Below, one piece after another: positions 27,914 through 39,132 of a DNA stretch of 64,000 bases (the stretch's first letter is position 1; the number at the start of each line of letters is the position of its first letter). The stretch is from Candidatus Melainabacteria bacterium (GTDB taxonomy: Bacteria; Cyanobacteriota; Vampirovibrionia; 2-02-FULL-35-15). Position numbers and translations under genes: made by a program. The notes under the pieces were generated by a model that saw only the letters and a program-made list of their open reading frames with translations, was not told the origin of the DNA and made no database searches. The DNA is taken from contig JACQBQ010000024.1 of NCBI GenBank assembly GCA_016201905.1, positions 52,919 to 116,918 of the forward strand, in the 5' to 3' direction.

Positions 27914-29713
27914 ATGAACACAGAAACCATAACTAAAACCAGACTAAAACGCACTAATTGTTGTGGCGAATTAAAAGAATCTGACATAGGCAAAACTGTT
28001 ACAGTAGCTGGCTGGGTTGACACAGCGCGCGACCTTGGTGGAATCATTTTTATTGAGCTTAGAGATCATACTGGGCGTTTCCAAATCGTAGCTGACCCGG
28101 CAAAAAACAAAGATGTTCATAAAGTATTTGAAATGCTTCGAAATGAGTTTGTGGTAATTGCAAAAGGATCTGTGACTAAAAGACCATCTGGCACTGAAAA
28201 CTCAAATCTTCCTACTGGCACAGTAGAAATGTATCCAACTGAAATAGAACTTTTAAACAAATCAAAGCCCCTGCCATTTATGCTCGATCAGGCAGAAGAT
28301 GTAGATGAAAATGTCAGGTTAAAATACCGCTTTTTAGATCTCAGGCGTGAAAAGATGCAGAAGATATTTGTTACAAGACATAAAATCACTCAGGCAATTA
28401 GAAGAAAACTAGATGAGCTTGGATTTTTTGAACTTGAAACCCCGATTCTTACTAAAGCAACCCCTGAAGGAGCGCGGGATTACCTCGTTCCAAGCAGGGT
28501 TCAGCCAGGTAAGTTTTTTGCACTACCGCAATCTCCTCAAATATTTAAACAACTTTTTATGATGAGTGGATTCCCAAAATACTACCAGATAGCAAGATGC
28601 TTTAGGGATGAAGACTTAAGAGCAGACAGGCAGCCAGAGTTTACACAGGTAGATATTGAAATGTCTTTTAATGAGGTAGATGATGTACTTAATGCAGTTG
28701 AAGAAGTTTTAGTAAGTGCTTTTAGTGCAGCAGGTATAAAAGTTTCAAGACCATTTCCCAGAATGGACTTCGATAAAGCAATGGCACTGTATGGTTCAGA
28801 CAAACCAGATCTAAGATTTGGACTCGAGTTTATTGACCTGACCGACATAATGGCAAAAAGCGAGTTTAAAGCATTTAGTGAAATTGCCAAGTCTGGTGGA
28901 GGGGTTAAATGTCTATGTGTTTCTGGAATCTCCGAATACTCCAGAAAAGAAATGGATGATTTAAAAGCTCTGACCATGTCAAAAGACTTCGGTGCTAAAG
29001 GACTTGCATGGATTACTTTTAAAGCTGATGGTGGAGTAAGCTCACCAATTGTAAAATTTTTCAAAGACGAAGAAATAAATGAAATTAAAAAAAGAGCAAA
29101 TGTAAAACCCGGTGATACTTTACTTTTTATTGCAGACAAACCAGCTATAGTAGCTCAGGCACTTGGAAAGCTTAGATTACATCTGGGAGAAAAACTGAAC
29201 TTAATAGATACTAAAAAACATGCTCTTACATGGCTTGTAAACTTTCCACTTTTTGAATATGATCCTGTTGAAAAAAGACTAAACTCAGTAAATCATCCTT
29301 TCACTTCACCAAGAACTGAAGACATTCATTTACTTGATAGTGATCCGCTAAAAGCAAAAGCAGCAGCCTATGACATAATCTACAATGGCATTGAAATTGG
29401 CGGGGGCAGTCTTAGGATTTATAATACCGAACTTCAGAGCAAGGTCTTTAAAATACTTGGAATGGATGAAAAAACTACTAGGGATAAGTTTGGATTTTTA
29501 CTTGATGCGCTCAGCATGGGAGCACCGCCGCATGGGGGACTGGCTCTTGGACTAGATAGGCTTGTAATGCTTCTTACAGGAAATAAATCCATTCGTGATG
29601 TAATTGCATTTCCAAAAACTCAAACCGCAACATGCCCACTTACTGATGCACCAAGCGAAGTCTTTGAAAAACAATTAAAAGAACTTCATGTCAGGATTGT
29701 AGAACCAAAATGA
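27914..29713 (+). CDS. aspS: Aspartyl-tRNA synthetase
   Basis: 599 aa. Class II motifs [23 protein letters not shown] and GGGSLRIYN, plus an OB-fold N terminus. Confidence 0.95.
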   Translation: MNTETITKTRLKRTNCCGELKESDIGKTVTVAGWVDTARDLGGIIFIELRDHTGRFQIVADPAKNKDVHKVFEMLRNEFVVIAKGSVTKRPSGTENSNLPTGTVEMYPTEIELLNKSKPLPFMLDQAEDVDENVRLKYRFLDLRREKMQKIFVTRHKITQAIRRKLDELGFFELETPILTKATPEGARDYLVPSRVQPGKFFALPQSPQIFKQLFMMSGFPKYYQIARCFRDEDLRADRQPEFTQVDIEMSFNEVDDVLNAVEEVLVSAFSAAGIKVSRPFPRMDFDKAMALYGSDKPDLRFGLEFIDLTDIMAKSEFKAFSEIAKSGGGVKCLCVSGISEYSRKEMDDLKALTMSKDFGAKGLAWITFKADGGVSSPIVKFFKDEEINEIKKRANVKPGDTLLFIADKPAIVAQALGKLRLHLGEKLNLIDTKKHALTWLVNFPLFEYDPVEKRLNSVNHPFTSPRTEDIHLLDSDPLKAKAAAYDIIYNGIEIGGGSLRIYNTELQSKVFKILGMDEKTTRDKFGFLLDALSMGAPPHGGLALGLDRLVMLLTGNKSIRDVIAFPKTQTATCPLTDAPSEVFEKQLKELHVRIVEPK

Positions 29714-29724
29714 AATCTTTCTTA

Positions 29725-30105
29725 CTAATTTTCCATACCTGGTTCTTTGAGCTCCTCTGTCCGAGAATATATATCCTGTAATCTAAGTGCATTAGTTATA
29801 CCTTGCACAATTTCTGCTCTGTGAGGAGCTCTTGGATCATAGACAATTTCATAAATCCTTTTCATCATGTCTTCAGTTATTCCCCAGGCTTTTCTATAGG
29901 GAATTACATTGAAAAAAGCCAATGCACTTTGTAGTGCATCTGCATCAACCACAACATCATTTCCAGTATGTTTTAAATTGTATATGATTTCTCTTACTGC
30001 AAAGTCTACTTGTTGCTCTGGCTGTATGGGCAATGAGAGTATGTTTTTGTCTTTTTCTTTATCAAAAGCAAATTGTCCGATCTCAGAGCAGCTAAGAAGT
30101 GCCAT
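29725..30105 (-). CDS. Hypothetical protein (start uncertain; the ORF is open up to 30261)
   Basis: ORF with no recognisable motif. Start placed at MALLSCSE to avoid overlapping the downstream gene. Confidence 0.35.
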   Translation of the reverse strand: MALLSCSEIGQFAFDKEKDKNILSLPIQPEQQVDFAVREIIYNLKHTGNDVVVDADALQSALAFFNVIPYRKAWGITEDMMKRIYEIVYDPRAPHRAEIVQGITNALRLQDIYSRTEELKEPGMEN

Positions 30106-30204
30106 TTTAAAAGGATTTAACGATTTATAAGTTGTAATATAAACAACAGGAGTTACATTCATAAGTAAGGGTATTAAAACAATGATACAACTTGATTTAA
30201 TTGA

Positions 30205-30633
30205 TTGTGTCAAAGGCACGTTAGGAAATTGAAAAAAAACAAATACAAAAAATATAAACATTGCCTCATCTTAATTGCGCATGGAAGTAAAGAGCTCCAA
30301 TGGCGCAGGCCTTTTGAAAGACTCATCGGTAAATTAAAAAGAGAGCTGCCAGGAGATTACATTTCCATTGCTTACATAGAGTCACTAAAGCCATCGCTTA
30401 GTGAGGTAATGAAGAACTTATCTAATAAAAAAAGTGCAAACTACATAAAATTATTACCTCTTTTTATGGCAGCTGGCTCTCATATAAATCGTGATATAAA
30501 GGAACTTGTTTCTAGAGCTAGAAAGAAATCACCAAAATTAAAAATTGAAGTTCTGCCACCAATTGGCGAACATCCTAAAATAAGCTCAGTAATTTGTGAA
30601 ATAATAAAAGGGTATTTAAATCATGTTAGCTAA
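30205..30633 (+). CDS. CbiX/SirB-like small sirohydrochlorin chelatase domain protein
   Basis: 142 aa. [10 protein letters not shown]...[14 protein letters not shown] resembles the short CbiX(S) chelatase fold, which has a His near the N terminus. Confidence 0.5.
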   Translation: MCQRHVRKLKKNKYKKYKHCLILIAHGSKELQWRRPFERLIGKLKRELPGDYISIAYIESLKPSLSEVMKNLSNKKSANYIKLLPLFMAAGSHINRDIKELVSRARKKSPKLKIEVLPPIGEHPKISSVICEIIKGYLNHVS

Positions 30634-31504
30634 AAGAATTATTCCTTGTTTAGACGTAAAAGATAGGCGTGTCGTCAAAGGCACAAAGTTTCTAGATTTA
30701 AAAGATGCTGGTGATCCTGTAGAGCTTGCAAAGTTCTATAACAAAGAAGGAGCTGATGAGCTTTGTTTTTTAGATATTACAGCAAGTCACGAAGAAAGAA
30801 AAACACTTATTGAAATGGTAGAAGCTGTTGCTCGTGAGGTTTTTATACCATTTACTGTCGGTGGCGGTATTAGCACTACTGAACAAATGAAGAGTATCTT
30901 ACGCGCTGGGGCAGATAAAATCACTATTAATACTGCTGCTATAAAAAATCCAAGACTGATTACAGAAGGAGCCAAAATATTTGGCTCACAGTGTATTGTC
31001 CTAGCTATCGATGCAAAACAGGAGTCCTACGTTAGCACGTCATTGCGAGGAGAGGAGCGACCCGCTTCGCCCGCAAAGCGAGGCGAGCGAAGCAATCTCG
31101 AAAACGCTTATGATATTGCCACGCCTTCTTTGAAGGCTCGCAATGACGTAAAGCGATGGACTGTTTATATAAAAGGTGGGAGAGAAAATACTAATATAGA
31201 TGCTATTGAATGGGCTAAAAAAGCTGTTACCTTAGGCGCTGGTGAAATATTACTTACCAGCATGGACGCAGATGGTACAAAAGCAGGTTATGATATTGAG
31301 CTTACAAAAAAAATCGTTGAAGCTGTAAATGTTCCAGTAATAGCTTCTGGTGGTGCTGGAAAAATTGATGATGTAGTTAATGTATTTAAAAAAACAAACT
31401 GTGATGCTGCACTGTTAGCTTCAATACTCCACTTTAAAGATATTTCAATAAAAGAAATAAAAAATAAATTAAAAGAAGAGTTGGTTTCTGTAAGACTAAA
31501 CTAA
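30623..31504 (+). CDS. hisF: Imidazole glycerol phosphate synthase cyclase subunit HisF, carrying an in-frame insertion of a palindromic repeat element
   Basis: [41 protein letters not shown] and IASGGAG match HisF. About 40 extra residues ([44 protein letters not shown]) lie between AIDAK and the W-containing strand. Confidence 0.92.
   Translation: MLAKRIIPCLDVKDRRVVKGTKFLDLKDAGDPVELAKFYNKEGADELCFLDITASHEERKTLIEMVEAVAREVFIPFTVGGGISTTEQMKSILRAGADKITINTAAIKNPRLITEGAKIFGSQCIVLAIDAKQESYVSTSLRGEERPASPAKRGERSNLENAYDIATPSLKARNDVKRWTVYIKGGRENTNIDAIEWAKKAVTLGAGEILLTSMDADGTKAGYDIELTKKIVEAVNVPVIASGGAGKIDDVVNVFKKTNCDAALLASILHFKDISIKEIKNKLKEELVSVRLN
31037..31149. mobile_element. Palindromic MITE-like repeat copy F inserted in frame inside hisF
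   Basis: ACGTCATTGCGAGG...GCTCGCAATGACGT termini and a GC-rich internal palindrome. The hisF ORF stays open across it. Confidence 0.85.
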
Positions 31505-31558
31505 TGTAACAAGCTATTTTTAATTAATGACTAATGGCTTATGCTAGGGCTTCTTTTT

Positions 31559-32551
31559 TTATTTATTATCCTGTTTTTGCTTCTCAATATCCATAATTCC
31601 TGAAACAACTAATGCACCCATTCCTCTATCAAATGCAAGGGACAAATTAGTAAGATTGTCAATTCTATCTGAAACAAATCCTATTCTTTTTATAAAATCA
31701 ACTGCTGAGCCTAAGATTCCTAAGATTCCTCCCAATGCAATGGATGATTTTAATGTTACTTTCCCATGCTCTTCAACTGAAGATTTTTTATTACTATCAT
31801 TGTGAAGCAAAAAAGCTGTTTGTGTTGCAATTGTTCCGCTTGACCTGATAAATGAACCAAGTTTTTCAAGTCCTAAATAGCCTACTATAGGACCAAACAT
31901 TTCAAATACAGAAGAGGAAAATAATGCATGTGACATTTTTTTTATTCTCTGAGGGTTTTGTATTAATTCTTTTACAATCTTTATAGACTCAGCAAATGTT
32001 ATTTTAAGCCCCTCTGTCCAACCCCTGTTGCTGAAATCACCATTTACTAATTGAACATTTCCGTCTTTATCAGGTATTGGTTCACCATTTTTATCTACAA
32101 CTTCTCTTTGATCCGTGATAATGACGAAATTGCCTAGTCCATAAGGTATACCGTAAGCCAGAAATAAATTATAACTTGAGCTCAAAAGCGTAAGCGGTAT
32201 GCCACTTGCAAAGCCTAGAAATGAAAGAGGGTTTTTCTTCCCCCACAAATCAACAGTGCCTGCAAGACTACCAATAACATATGTAGCTTTCGTTACTAGT
32301 CCTGATAACTTTTCCAATCCATCCTGAAGTGGAGCAAAAAAACGAAAATTAGCATTTGCAAAAGTAAGAAGATTTAATCCTGCTGAACTCCAATTTGACC
32401 AGTTGTTAGCAGCTTGTCTTACTCTTTTATTCTGTATGATTTCAGTAAATTTATTTTGGATTTTAGCTGAAGATAATTTAATTACTGGTTCTAAAACAGT
32501 TGGTTTATGTTGTACTACACCTGAGATAGGCTTAGTCATTACACCATCCAA
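31559..32551 (-). CDS. Hypothetical protein
   Basis: 330-aa ORF with Gly-rich hydrophobic stretches. No recognisable motif. Confidence 0.4.
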   Translation of the reverse strand: MDGVMTKPISGVVQHKPTVLEPVIKLSSAKIQNKFTEIIQNKRVRQAANNWSNWSSAGLNLLTFANANFRFFAPLQDGLEKLSGLVTKATYVIGSLAGTVDLWGKKNPLSFLGFASGIPLTLLSSSYNLFLAYGIPYGLGNFVIITDQREVVDKNGEPIPDKDGNVQLVNGDFSNRGWTEGLKITFAESIKIVKELIQNPQRIKKMSHALFSSSVFEMFGPIVGYLGLEKLGSFIRSSGTIATQTAFLLHNDSNKKSSVEEHGKVTLKSSIALGGILGILGSAVDFIKRIGFVSDRIDNLTNLSLAFDRGMGALVVSGIMDIEKQKQDNK

Positions 32552-32704
32552 TATCTATAATCTTTTTACTCTTACAGCCTATTGTATGATTTAAAGACTT
32601 CTATTTGTGTATCAATTAAGTAAATTAATTGTATGTTAACACTAACAACTTTATTACATTTGCTTTTGTTCACTATAATATGTTATAAATTCACCTGAAT
32701 AATA

Positions 32705-33874
32705 ATGATAACTAGAAGAATAGAAATTGCTACTGCTCAACCCAGTCACTTATGGTTAAAAGGTCTTGCAGCCAGACCTATGAGTCCTATTGCCCGTGAG
32801 CTAAGAAAAATAGTAGCTGAAGAAATTTTATTAGACAAAAACGATTCCAACTTTCCAACCAAGCTCATAGATGCTTGGCAAAAATATGGCTTTGCTGTGG
32901 TAAGAGATTCTAGTATCGATAGAGCTGTTTTTTCAAATGCTTATGGCGTAAACCGAAGGTTTTTTAGTAACCAAATTGAGTATAAAGAACAGCTTGGTCA
33001 TCCAAGTGCTACAAACTGTTCTGGCTATATCCCGCCGGGAGAAGAGATTTCTGTTTCAGGGCGTGGAGATGGGAAAGTACAAAAAAATATTTTTGAAATG
33101 GTACACAGCTCTTCAAACCCTAAAGATAATACTATTATTAATGACAATCTCGGGAGAGAATTTAATTCAAGTTCAAATAGACTAGTTGATTTGCTTTACG
33201 AAAGAGGGTTAGAACTAGCGCATGACATTGCTATTGGTTTACACGAGAAAGGGTTTTTAACCCCTAGTGGTGGAAGATTGCCTGATGATTATTTCACAAA
33301 GCTTATAGAATGTACAAATAGAAATCGCAGTGATTTAAATTTGCTTAGACAGACTCATTGCAATGCACAAGCTACAGACTCAACTAACTTTGACGGTTGT
33401 TCTCAAGCCCATACTGACTTAAACTTTTTTACAGTTTTGCCAGCAGCTACTAAAGAAGGTCTACAAATTTGGTATGAGAATGAAGAGCGCCCTGAAGACT
33501 CTGGATGGGTACAGCTAGATGCTCCACCTGGAGCCTATGTTGTGAACCTAGCAGATATGGCTGAGATACTTACTGGTGGATACTTAAGGTCTACTCCTCA
33601 TAGAGTAGTTTCTCCTATAGGCGAGGATAGATATTCTATAGTTTTCTTTGTAGGTCTTCAAAGAGATGCAAATCTACAAGAAAACAAGCTTAAACATCCA
33701 AGTATGCAAGCTACATCCAGCTTTGAGACAGAGGCTCTTGCTAGAATGCCAGGACTAGAATTAACTGCTGACACATTTACCAATCTTAGATGCATGGATA
33801 TTGGAATAATACCTGAGAAGATCGGTAAAGAAAAGCTGGGATTTATTCCTCTATCTGAGATGAAGCTAGGCTGA
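32705..33874 (+). CDS. 2-oxoglutarate/Fe(II)-dependent oxygenase superfamily protein (isopenicillin-N-synthase-like)
   Basis: 389 aa. HTDLNFFT (HxD) ... STPHRVVSP (distal His) facial triad, with RYSIVFF immediately after the distal His. Confidence 0.7.
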   Translation: MITRRIEIATAQPSHLWLKGLAARPMSPIARELRKIVAEEILLDKNDSNFPTKLIDAWQKYGFAVVRDSSIDRAVFSNAYGVNRRFFSNQIEYKEQLGHPSATNCSGYIPPGEEISVSGRGDGKVQKNIFEMVHSSSNPKDNTIINDNLGREFNSSSNRLVDLLYERGLELAHDIAIGLHEKGFLTPSGGRLPDDYFTKLIECTNRNRSDLNLLRQTHCNAQATDSTNFDGCSQAHTDLNFFTVLPAATKEGLQIWYENEERPEDSGWVQLDAPPGAYVVNLADMAEILTGGYLRSTPHRVVSPIGEDRYSIVFFVGLQRDANLQENKLKHPSMQATSSFETEALARMPGLELTADTFTNLRCMDIGIIPEKIGKEKLGFIPLSEMKLG

Positions 33875-33898
33875 AGTTAAATAATTATATTCATAGCA

Positions 33899-36202
33899 TC
33901 AATACAATGAGACAGAAGAGTCCCATAAAATATGATCAACTATATCCCACAGTCTTTTCTGAATAGCGCTTTGTGGCATTCTTTCAAACTGTTGACCTGT
34001 AGGAACAAAAATCTTACCAAACCCATTTTTATTTGGATCAAAGCTTCTATCAGTTGTAAATCCTTTTCTCTCAAGATTACTATCTGAATATGCCCCTTTA
34101 CACTGATAGTTATAAAGGAACTCTGGAGTTAAAAACTCTATCTCAGCAGGTCTATTTCCTCCTAAATGAACAATAGAAGTTCCCAGGACAGGATTATATC
34201 CTCTCCACCACTCATAACCTGAAAGCCCAGCTAAAGAACCATTGATAAGCCCTATTTTGTTGTTGGTCATCATGTATGAGGGTTGGTGATAGTGCCCGGC
34301 ACCCATTAAGTTAAGTTCTTTCATAAGAGGCCCAGTAGAAGAACTAACCATGTCAAAAAATTGGTTTATTGGTAATCCTCCGCTTCCTTTGCCGCCCCTT
34401 TCCATCATGATGTGTTGAGCTAAAATTTTATGTGCAGCTAACTCTGCAACGGCTGTATAAGACTTACAGTGATTTGTCCCAGCCATCATGGTGTCATAAG
34501 AATGAAGAATGGTTTTAAAAGTCTTATTAGAAGCTTCATTAAACGCTACTTTTAAGAACATAGAATGTGTTGACCCGTGGCGTTCATGTCCGGAGTTCCA
34601 TTCATGGTTCCCCGGAGTAATGTGTACTCCTTGCAGGTTATTTTTAGCTTTGTCAGGCATCTTTTCTAAAATCTCTTTAAGCATGGTGTATACAAACTCT
34701 TGTTGGTTGTCTATTGTAATTAACCCCATATTTGGATTTTCATTTGGCATCTCAGGATAGTTTCTTCCTTGAATGATGTCACCATTCATAAATAACATTC
34801 CCTTTTGCTTCATTAAAACTGAATGCAGGACATAGTCCATAGCTTTAGCAGCAAGGTCTGGTCTGGCTGTTACTGATCCTGTTTGCCAGTCAGAAAAGAA
34901 TATTGCAGCATGTGGTTCTTCAGTTTTTGCTGCAAGGTTCATTAAGGTGTCATTCATAAGATGAACTGATATCCGTCCATCATCATGAAATTCTACTTCT
35001 TGTATACCAGCAAAGTTTAACTCTTCTCTGCACTTAGCAATGCGCTCTGCTTTATCGCTCTGGACCCTGGCAAAAGAACTGGAGTCAGGGTTGTAGGTGG
35101 TCATACCAGGTGTGGATGTAATAAGTGTATTTCCGTGCATCACTCCAACACTTTGCTGTGCGTTTTCAATAAATAAAGCGTCTTTGCTTCCTTTCCCTGA
35201 TGCCTCCATTTGAGATATTATTGCCCTTGCAGATTTAGTAGGATCTTTCACCATACTAGTTGGCGTTTGCCTAAACTCATGTCTTCCGCTTATATTGGTT
35301 TTCTTTCCTTTGGTTTTAAGTTCTACATTATAGTCATCAGTCACGATTAGTTTATCTTCTGGTCTTCCTTTATAAGGGATATTCTCAACTTCAAGAACTT
35401 CTCTTTGTAGAGGAGTTAACTCTTCCCTTCTTTCAAGCTTTTTGTGCGCATCTAGTAGTAGTAGATATTCCTCAGCCACCTCATTTTCAGGCAATTCTGT
35501 ATCTCTTTGAACTTCTTCTTTCGTAGAAAGTCTACGACCACAACGTAGCATATATTCAAATACTACATCCCATTCAAATTCATAAGCTCCTTCCCAAAGA
35601 TGGGACCGCTTTGCTTGATCAAAGGCTGCCCAGCTTGTAGGCCAATCTTGTCCATTTTTTCTGGCTTCACCTTCTAAAATCTTTACTGCATCATAGGTAT
35701 AGTCCTCAATAATTTTTTGATCATCGTCAGACTTGTTATAAATAACAGTCATTCCAATTTTTTGTAATCTTTCAATAAACTCTTTAGCTTTGCCAAATTG
35801 TTTATTAACACTCATGGTTTTTACTCTACGGTTATTCTTTTCTCTGTTTTGATAGTTTCCAAATATGAGACCTGAAACTACTACCACATCGGGTCTTTCT
35901 TTTGGAGGAAGTGATTCTAAGTGGGAAAGAGCTCTTTCTGCAAATTTTAAATCTGCATCCTTATGCCCATAGCGCAGCTCTGTTAGATGCATTACTTTTG
36001 CACTTTCCCCTTTTATATCTACATGCAAGTTGTCAACTGTACGTTTTTTATTAAATGCTTCATGTGAATCATCTACTTCTCTTGATAACTTTCCGATATA
36101 TTTTCTTGTAATTGTGGAGCGAAGTGTTGGTTGTTCTTTTTCCTCTTTTTTCTCTGGTGCTGCTGTTTTAGTAGCTACATTGCTCGATGGTTGCACCTTC
36201 AT
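33899..36202 (-). CDS. Large hypothetical protein with a C-terminal calcineurin-like metallophosphoesterase domain
   Basis: 767 aa. NGDIIQGRN (GDxxDR-like), GNHEW and GAGHYHQP motifs appear in the order characteristic of metallophosphatases. The N-terminal ~400 aa are unassigned. Confidence 0.6.
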   Translation of the reverse strand: MKVQPSSNVATKTAAPEKKEEKEQPTLRSTITRKYIGKLSREVDDSHEAFNKKRTVDNLHVDIKGESAKVMHLTELRYGHKDADLKFAERALSHLESLPPKERPDVVVVSGLIFGNYQNREKNNRRVKTMSVNKQFGKAKEFIERLQKIGMTVIYNKSDDDQKIIEDYTYDAVKILEGEARKNGQDWPTSWAAFDQAKRSHLWEGAYEFEWDVVFEYMLRCGRRLSTKEEVQRDTELPENEVAEEYLLLLDAHKKLERREELTPLQREVLEVENIPYKGRPEDKLIVTDDYNVELKTKGKKTNISGRHEFRQTPTSMVKDPTKSARAIISQMEASGKGSKDALFIENAQQSVGVMHGNTLITSTPGMTTYNPDSSSFARVQSDKAERIAKCREELNFAGIQEVEFHDDGRISVHLMNDTLMNLAAKTEEPHAAIFFSDWQTGSVTARPDLAAKAMDYVLHSVLMKQKGMLFMNGDIIQGRNYPEMPNENPNMGLITIDNQQEFVYTMLKEILEKMPDKAKNNLQGVHITPGNHEWNSGHERHGSTHSMFLKVAFNEASNKTFKTILHSYDTMMAGTNHCKSYTAVAELAAHKILAQHIMMERGGKGSGGLPINQFFDMVSSSTGPLMKELNLMGAGHYHQPSYMMTNNKIGLINGSLAGLSGYEWWRGYNPVLGTSIVHLGGNRPAEIEFLTPEFLYNYQCKGAYSDSNLERKGFTTDRSFDPNKNGFGKIFVPTGQQFERMPQSAIQKRLWDIVDHILWDSSVSLY

Positions 36203-36459
36203 ATTTTTTTCTCCTTTATATTGATTGTAAGAACATAGTTATTGACATACCGTCACTTTGTTAGTTGGCAGGCAATCGATTTTTAAAATTAACACTTGAG
36301 GAACATGGTATAACACCTGTTTCTTGTAATCCAGATAATAAAAACTAATTTGAGTATGAAATAGGTAATTTATTCCTTACTTAAATTTTAAATTCCACAA
36401 TTTAATGAAAATTTGTTTAAAATAAAATAAATAAATGTAAGATATTTCTTACAAAGAAC

Positions 36460-37755
36460 CTACTTGCTCATAAGTAATTCTTTTGTATATCTTTTAGCTA
36501 ATTCCACACCTGGTTGATCAAATGGATTAACCCCAAGCAAATTTCCACAAACTGCTGTTGCAACTTCAAATATGTACATGAGTTGTGAGAGGTAATATTC
36601 GTCAAGTTCAGGAAGTGTAAGGGTAAAATTTGGTCTTTGATTTTCTGTAAGCGCTCTTCTTGTGGCATCAAGCTCTATATTTAATATCTGACCAACCTTA
36701 TGATCTGCATAAGAGCTAAAGCTTGGATTTTCACTAGAATAATCCGGTATAGTTAAATCTCTTTTATGTTTTTGTACTTTTACAAAACAGACAAGCTTAT
36801 CGTTTGGTCCTTCATTAAACATCTGAAGTTGAGAGTGCTGGTCTGTCGCACCAATTGCTACTGTAGGAGTCGAGCCCTTTTTTGATTTTCCAAGAGATTC
36901 TGCCCAGAGTTGTACAAACCAATCCACAAAACGTCTTAAGCACGTAGAGTATGGCATTAAAACAAAAATGTTTTTACCGGCACCATAAGAAAAATATGCA
37001 CACAGTGCAATAGTAGCTGCAATATTTGCTTTAAGGTCATTCATCTGACATAAGCGCTCTGCTTCAAGTATGCCTGCTTTGACTTCACTTAAATCTATGC
37101 CACATAAACCAGCTGGGACTAAACCCACTGAAGAAAACACAGAATATCTACCACCAACATTTTCAGGGATCTGGAAAACTGGCACAGAGTGTTTTTGAGC
37201 TAATTCAAACAAAACTCCCTTATTACTTGTAATAAAGATACATTGTTTATAAAAGTTTTCTCCAGCCCACTCCCTGGCAATTAACATTGGCACAATGGTT
37301 TCTACAGTAGTGCCTGTCTTTGAAATGACCACAAATAAAGTCTGATCTAATTTTAGTCTGCTTAAAATTGTTCTTATAATTACCGGGTCAAGATTATCAA
37401 TAAAATCAACTGTTAGAGAGCCTTTCCTTTTTCCTTTTGAAAGCCTGTTCCAGATAGGAGAATTTAAACCTTCAATTAAAGCCTGTGCTCCAAGACTTGA
37501 ACCCCCAATACCAAGGACCAAAAGATGTTCATATTTATCCTCTGACTGAATCTTTTGTACAAGATTATTTACTTCTGTATACATTCCTTGGGCATGTGGT
37601 AAATCAAGCCAGCCTGTCATCTTAGATATGTCCTGCCTAGAATTATAAAGACCAGAAATTATGCTAAATACTCTATCCTGATAAACTCTAAAATTTGCAT
37701 TTACTTCTATACCAAGATAATTTGAAAGATCAATTTTTATTCTTTGTTTATCCAT
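36460..37755 (-). CDS. pgi: Glucose-6-phosphate isomerase
   Basis: 431 aa. LVLGIGGSSLG and GGRYSVFSSVG sugar-isomerase motifs. Confidence 0.88.
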   Translation of the reverse strand: MDKQRIKIDLSNYLGIEVNANFRVYQDRVFSIISGLYNSRQDISKMTGWLDLPHAQGMYTEVNNLVQKIQSEDKYEHLLVLGIGGSSLGAQALIEGLNSPIWNRLSKGKRKGSLTVDFIDNLDPVIIRTILSRLKLDQTLFVVISKTGTTVETIVPMLIAREWAGENFYKQCIFITSNKGVLFELAQKHSVPVFQIPENVGGRYSVFSSVGLVPAGLCGIDLSEVKAGILEAERLCQMNDLKANIAATIALCAYFSYGAGKNIFVLMPYSTCLRRFVDWFVQLWAESLGKSKKGSTPTVAIGATDQHSQLQMFNEGPNDKLVCFVKVQKHKRDLTIPDYSSENPSFSSYADHKVGQILNIELDATRRALTENQRPNFTLTLPELDEYYLSQLMYIFEVATAVCGNLLGVNPFDQPGVELAKRYTKELLMSK

Positions 37756-37777
37756 TTTCTACCTTTTCACTTTTTTA

Positions 37778-39130
37778 CTACTTAGTTAAAATCTCCACAA
37801 GTTTGTCTAATTTAGCAACATGAGAGCCCTTTATAAGCACAACAGCTTTATCAAGCATTAACTTACTTAAGATATCACAACACTCACTAGTATTTTTAAC
37901 ATTGGTACAAGAAGTTATCTGCTTTAACTTCTCTCCTATTGTAATTACAGCAGCTAAAGGTTTCTCTTTTAGCCAGCTATTAAGCTCTCCTATAAGCTTG
38001 TTTTCATGTTCTCCAAGTTCAGCAAGCTCACCTAAAATGAGGATCTTTTTATAATCATTACCCCATGAGCTGATAAGATTTGTAACTGCAGCTTTTACAG
38101 AATCAGGGTTTGCATTATAAGACTCATCAATTAAAAAAACATTATCCTTCTTCATTTTAATAACATTGCCACGACCACTAGGTACTTTAAAATTTAAAAG
38201 TCCTTTTTGTATTTCAGTCGTGGCAAGAGAAAAATATTTTGCAATTTTAATTGCAAGAATTGAATTTAAGATGTGAATTAATCCTTGAGCATTGACAGAA
38301 TAGTTGTCACCTTCAAAAGTAAAAAAAGATTTTCCATCACTGAAGCTTATGTCACTTGCTTCCTTTATATCAAAAGCTAAAGTCTTTCCATCCCATAAAG
38401 TCTTTGAATACTGAAGCAGGTTTTGATCATTATGAAAGAACGCAACCCCATTCTTTTTTAGGTGTTCAAGCATTTCAGTTTTTGACTTTATTATTTCCTG
38501 AATACTCCCAAGTCTGCCTATATGTGCAGCTCCAATATTTGTAATTACTGCAACATCAGGTTCTACTGTCTTAGACAAATATTTAATTTCACCGCGTGCT
38601 CTCATAGCAAGCTCAAGAACAAGCATCTCAGTATCTTCTGGCATCTCTAAGATAGTTTTTGGCACACCAAACTCATTGTTAAAGTTTGCTTCTGTTTTAT
38701 GGGTTTTATACTTTTTGCTAAGAACTGATGAGATTAGATCTTTTGTAGTGGTCTTGCCAGAACTTCCAGTAATAGCAATTACCTTCGGATTTATTTTCTT
38801 TCTGTAGTAATTTGCTATCCTGTGATATGCATCTAGAGTATTTTTTACAACTACCAACTTTTCCTTATATTTTTCTTTTACTTTTAATAATTTATCCTTT
38901 TCACAAAAAGAATATTTAACTCCACTATCTAAAACCTGATTTATAAAATTATGTCCATCGAACTTCTCACCTGTTAAAGGAAGAAAAATTTGCTCTGGTT
39001 TTATAGAGCGTGAATCTGTGCAAAGGGAAAAAGATAACTCAGTTTTTTCCCTTTGCAACTTTAAATCAAACAAAGTTGCTAATTCTTTAAGTTGAAAGCA
39101 AGCATTAAACTTAGTTTTTTGTAATAGCAT
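37778..39130 (-). CDS. murF: UDP-N-acetylmuramoyl-tripeptide--D-alanyl-D-alanine ligase
   Basis: 450 aa. Mur ligase P-loop ITGSSGKTTTKD and the domain order of MurF. Confidence 0.88.
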   Translation of the reverse strand: MLLQKTKFNACFQLKELATLFDLKLQREKTELSFSLCTDSRSIKPEQIFLPLTGEKFDGHNFINQVLDSGVKYSFCEKDKLLKVKEKYKEKLVVVKNTLDAYHRIANYYRKKINPKVIAITGSSGKTTTKDLISSVLSKKYKTHKTEANFNNEFGVPKTILEMPEDTEMLVLELAMRARGEIKYLSKTVEPDVAVITNIGAAHIGRLGSIQEIIKSKTEMLEHLKKNGVAFFHNDQNLLQYSKTLWDGKTLAFDIKEASDISFSDGKSFFTFEGDNYSVNAQGLIHILNSILAIKIAKYFSLATTEIQKGLLNFKVPSGRGNVIKMKKDNVFLIDESYNANPDSVKAAVTNLISSWGNDYKKILILGELAELGEHENKLIGELNSWLKEKPLAAVITIGEKLKQITSCTNVKNTSECCDILSKLMLDKAVVLIKGSHVAKLDKLVEILTK

Positions 39131-39132
39131 TA

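Noticed and set aside
30205-30261. 57-bp overlap between the minus-strand ORF 29725-30261 and the cbiX-like gene
   Set aside because: It is more likely that the minus-strand gene starts at an internal Met (30105 or 30162). The start was adjusted instead of calling overlapping genes.
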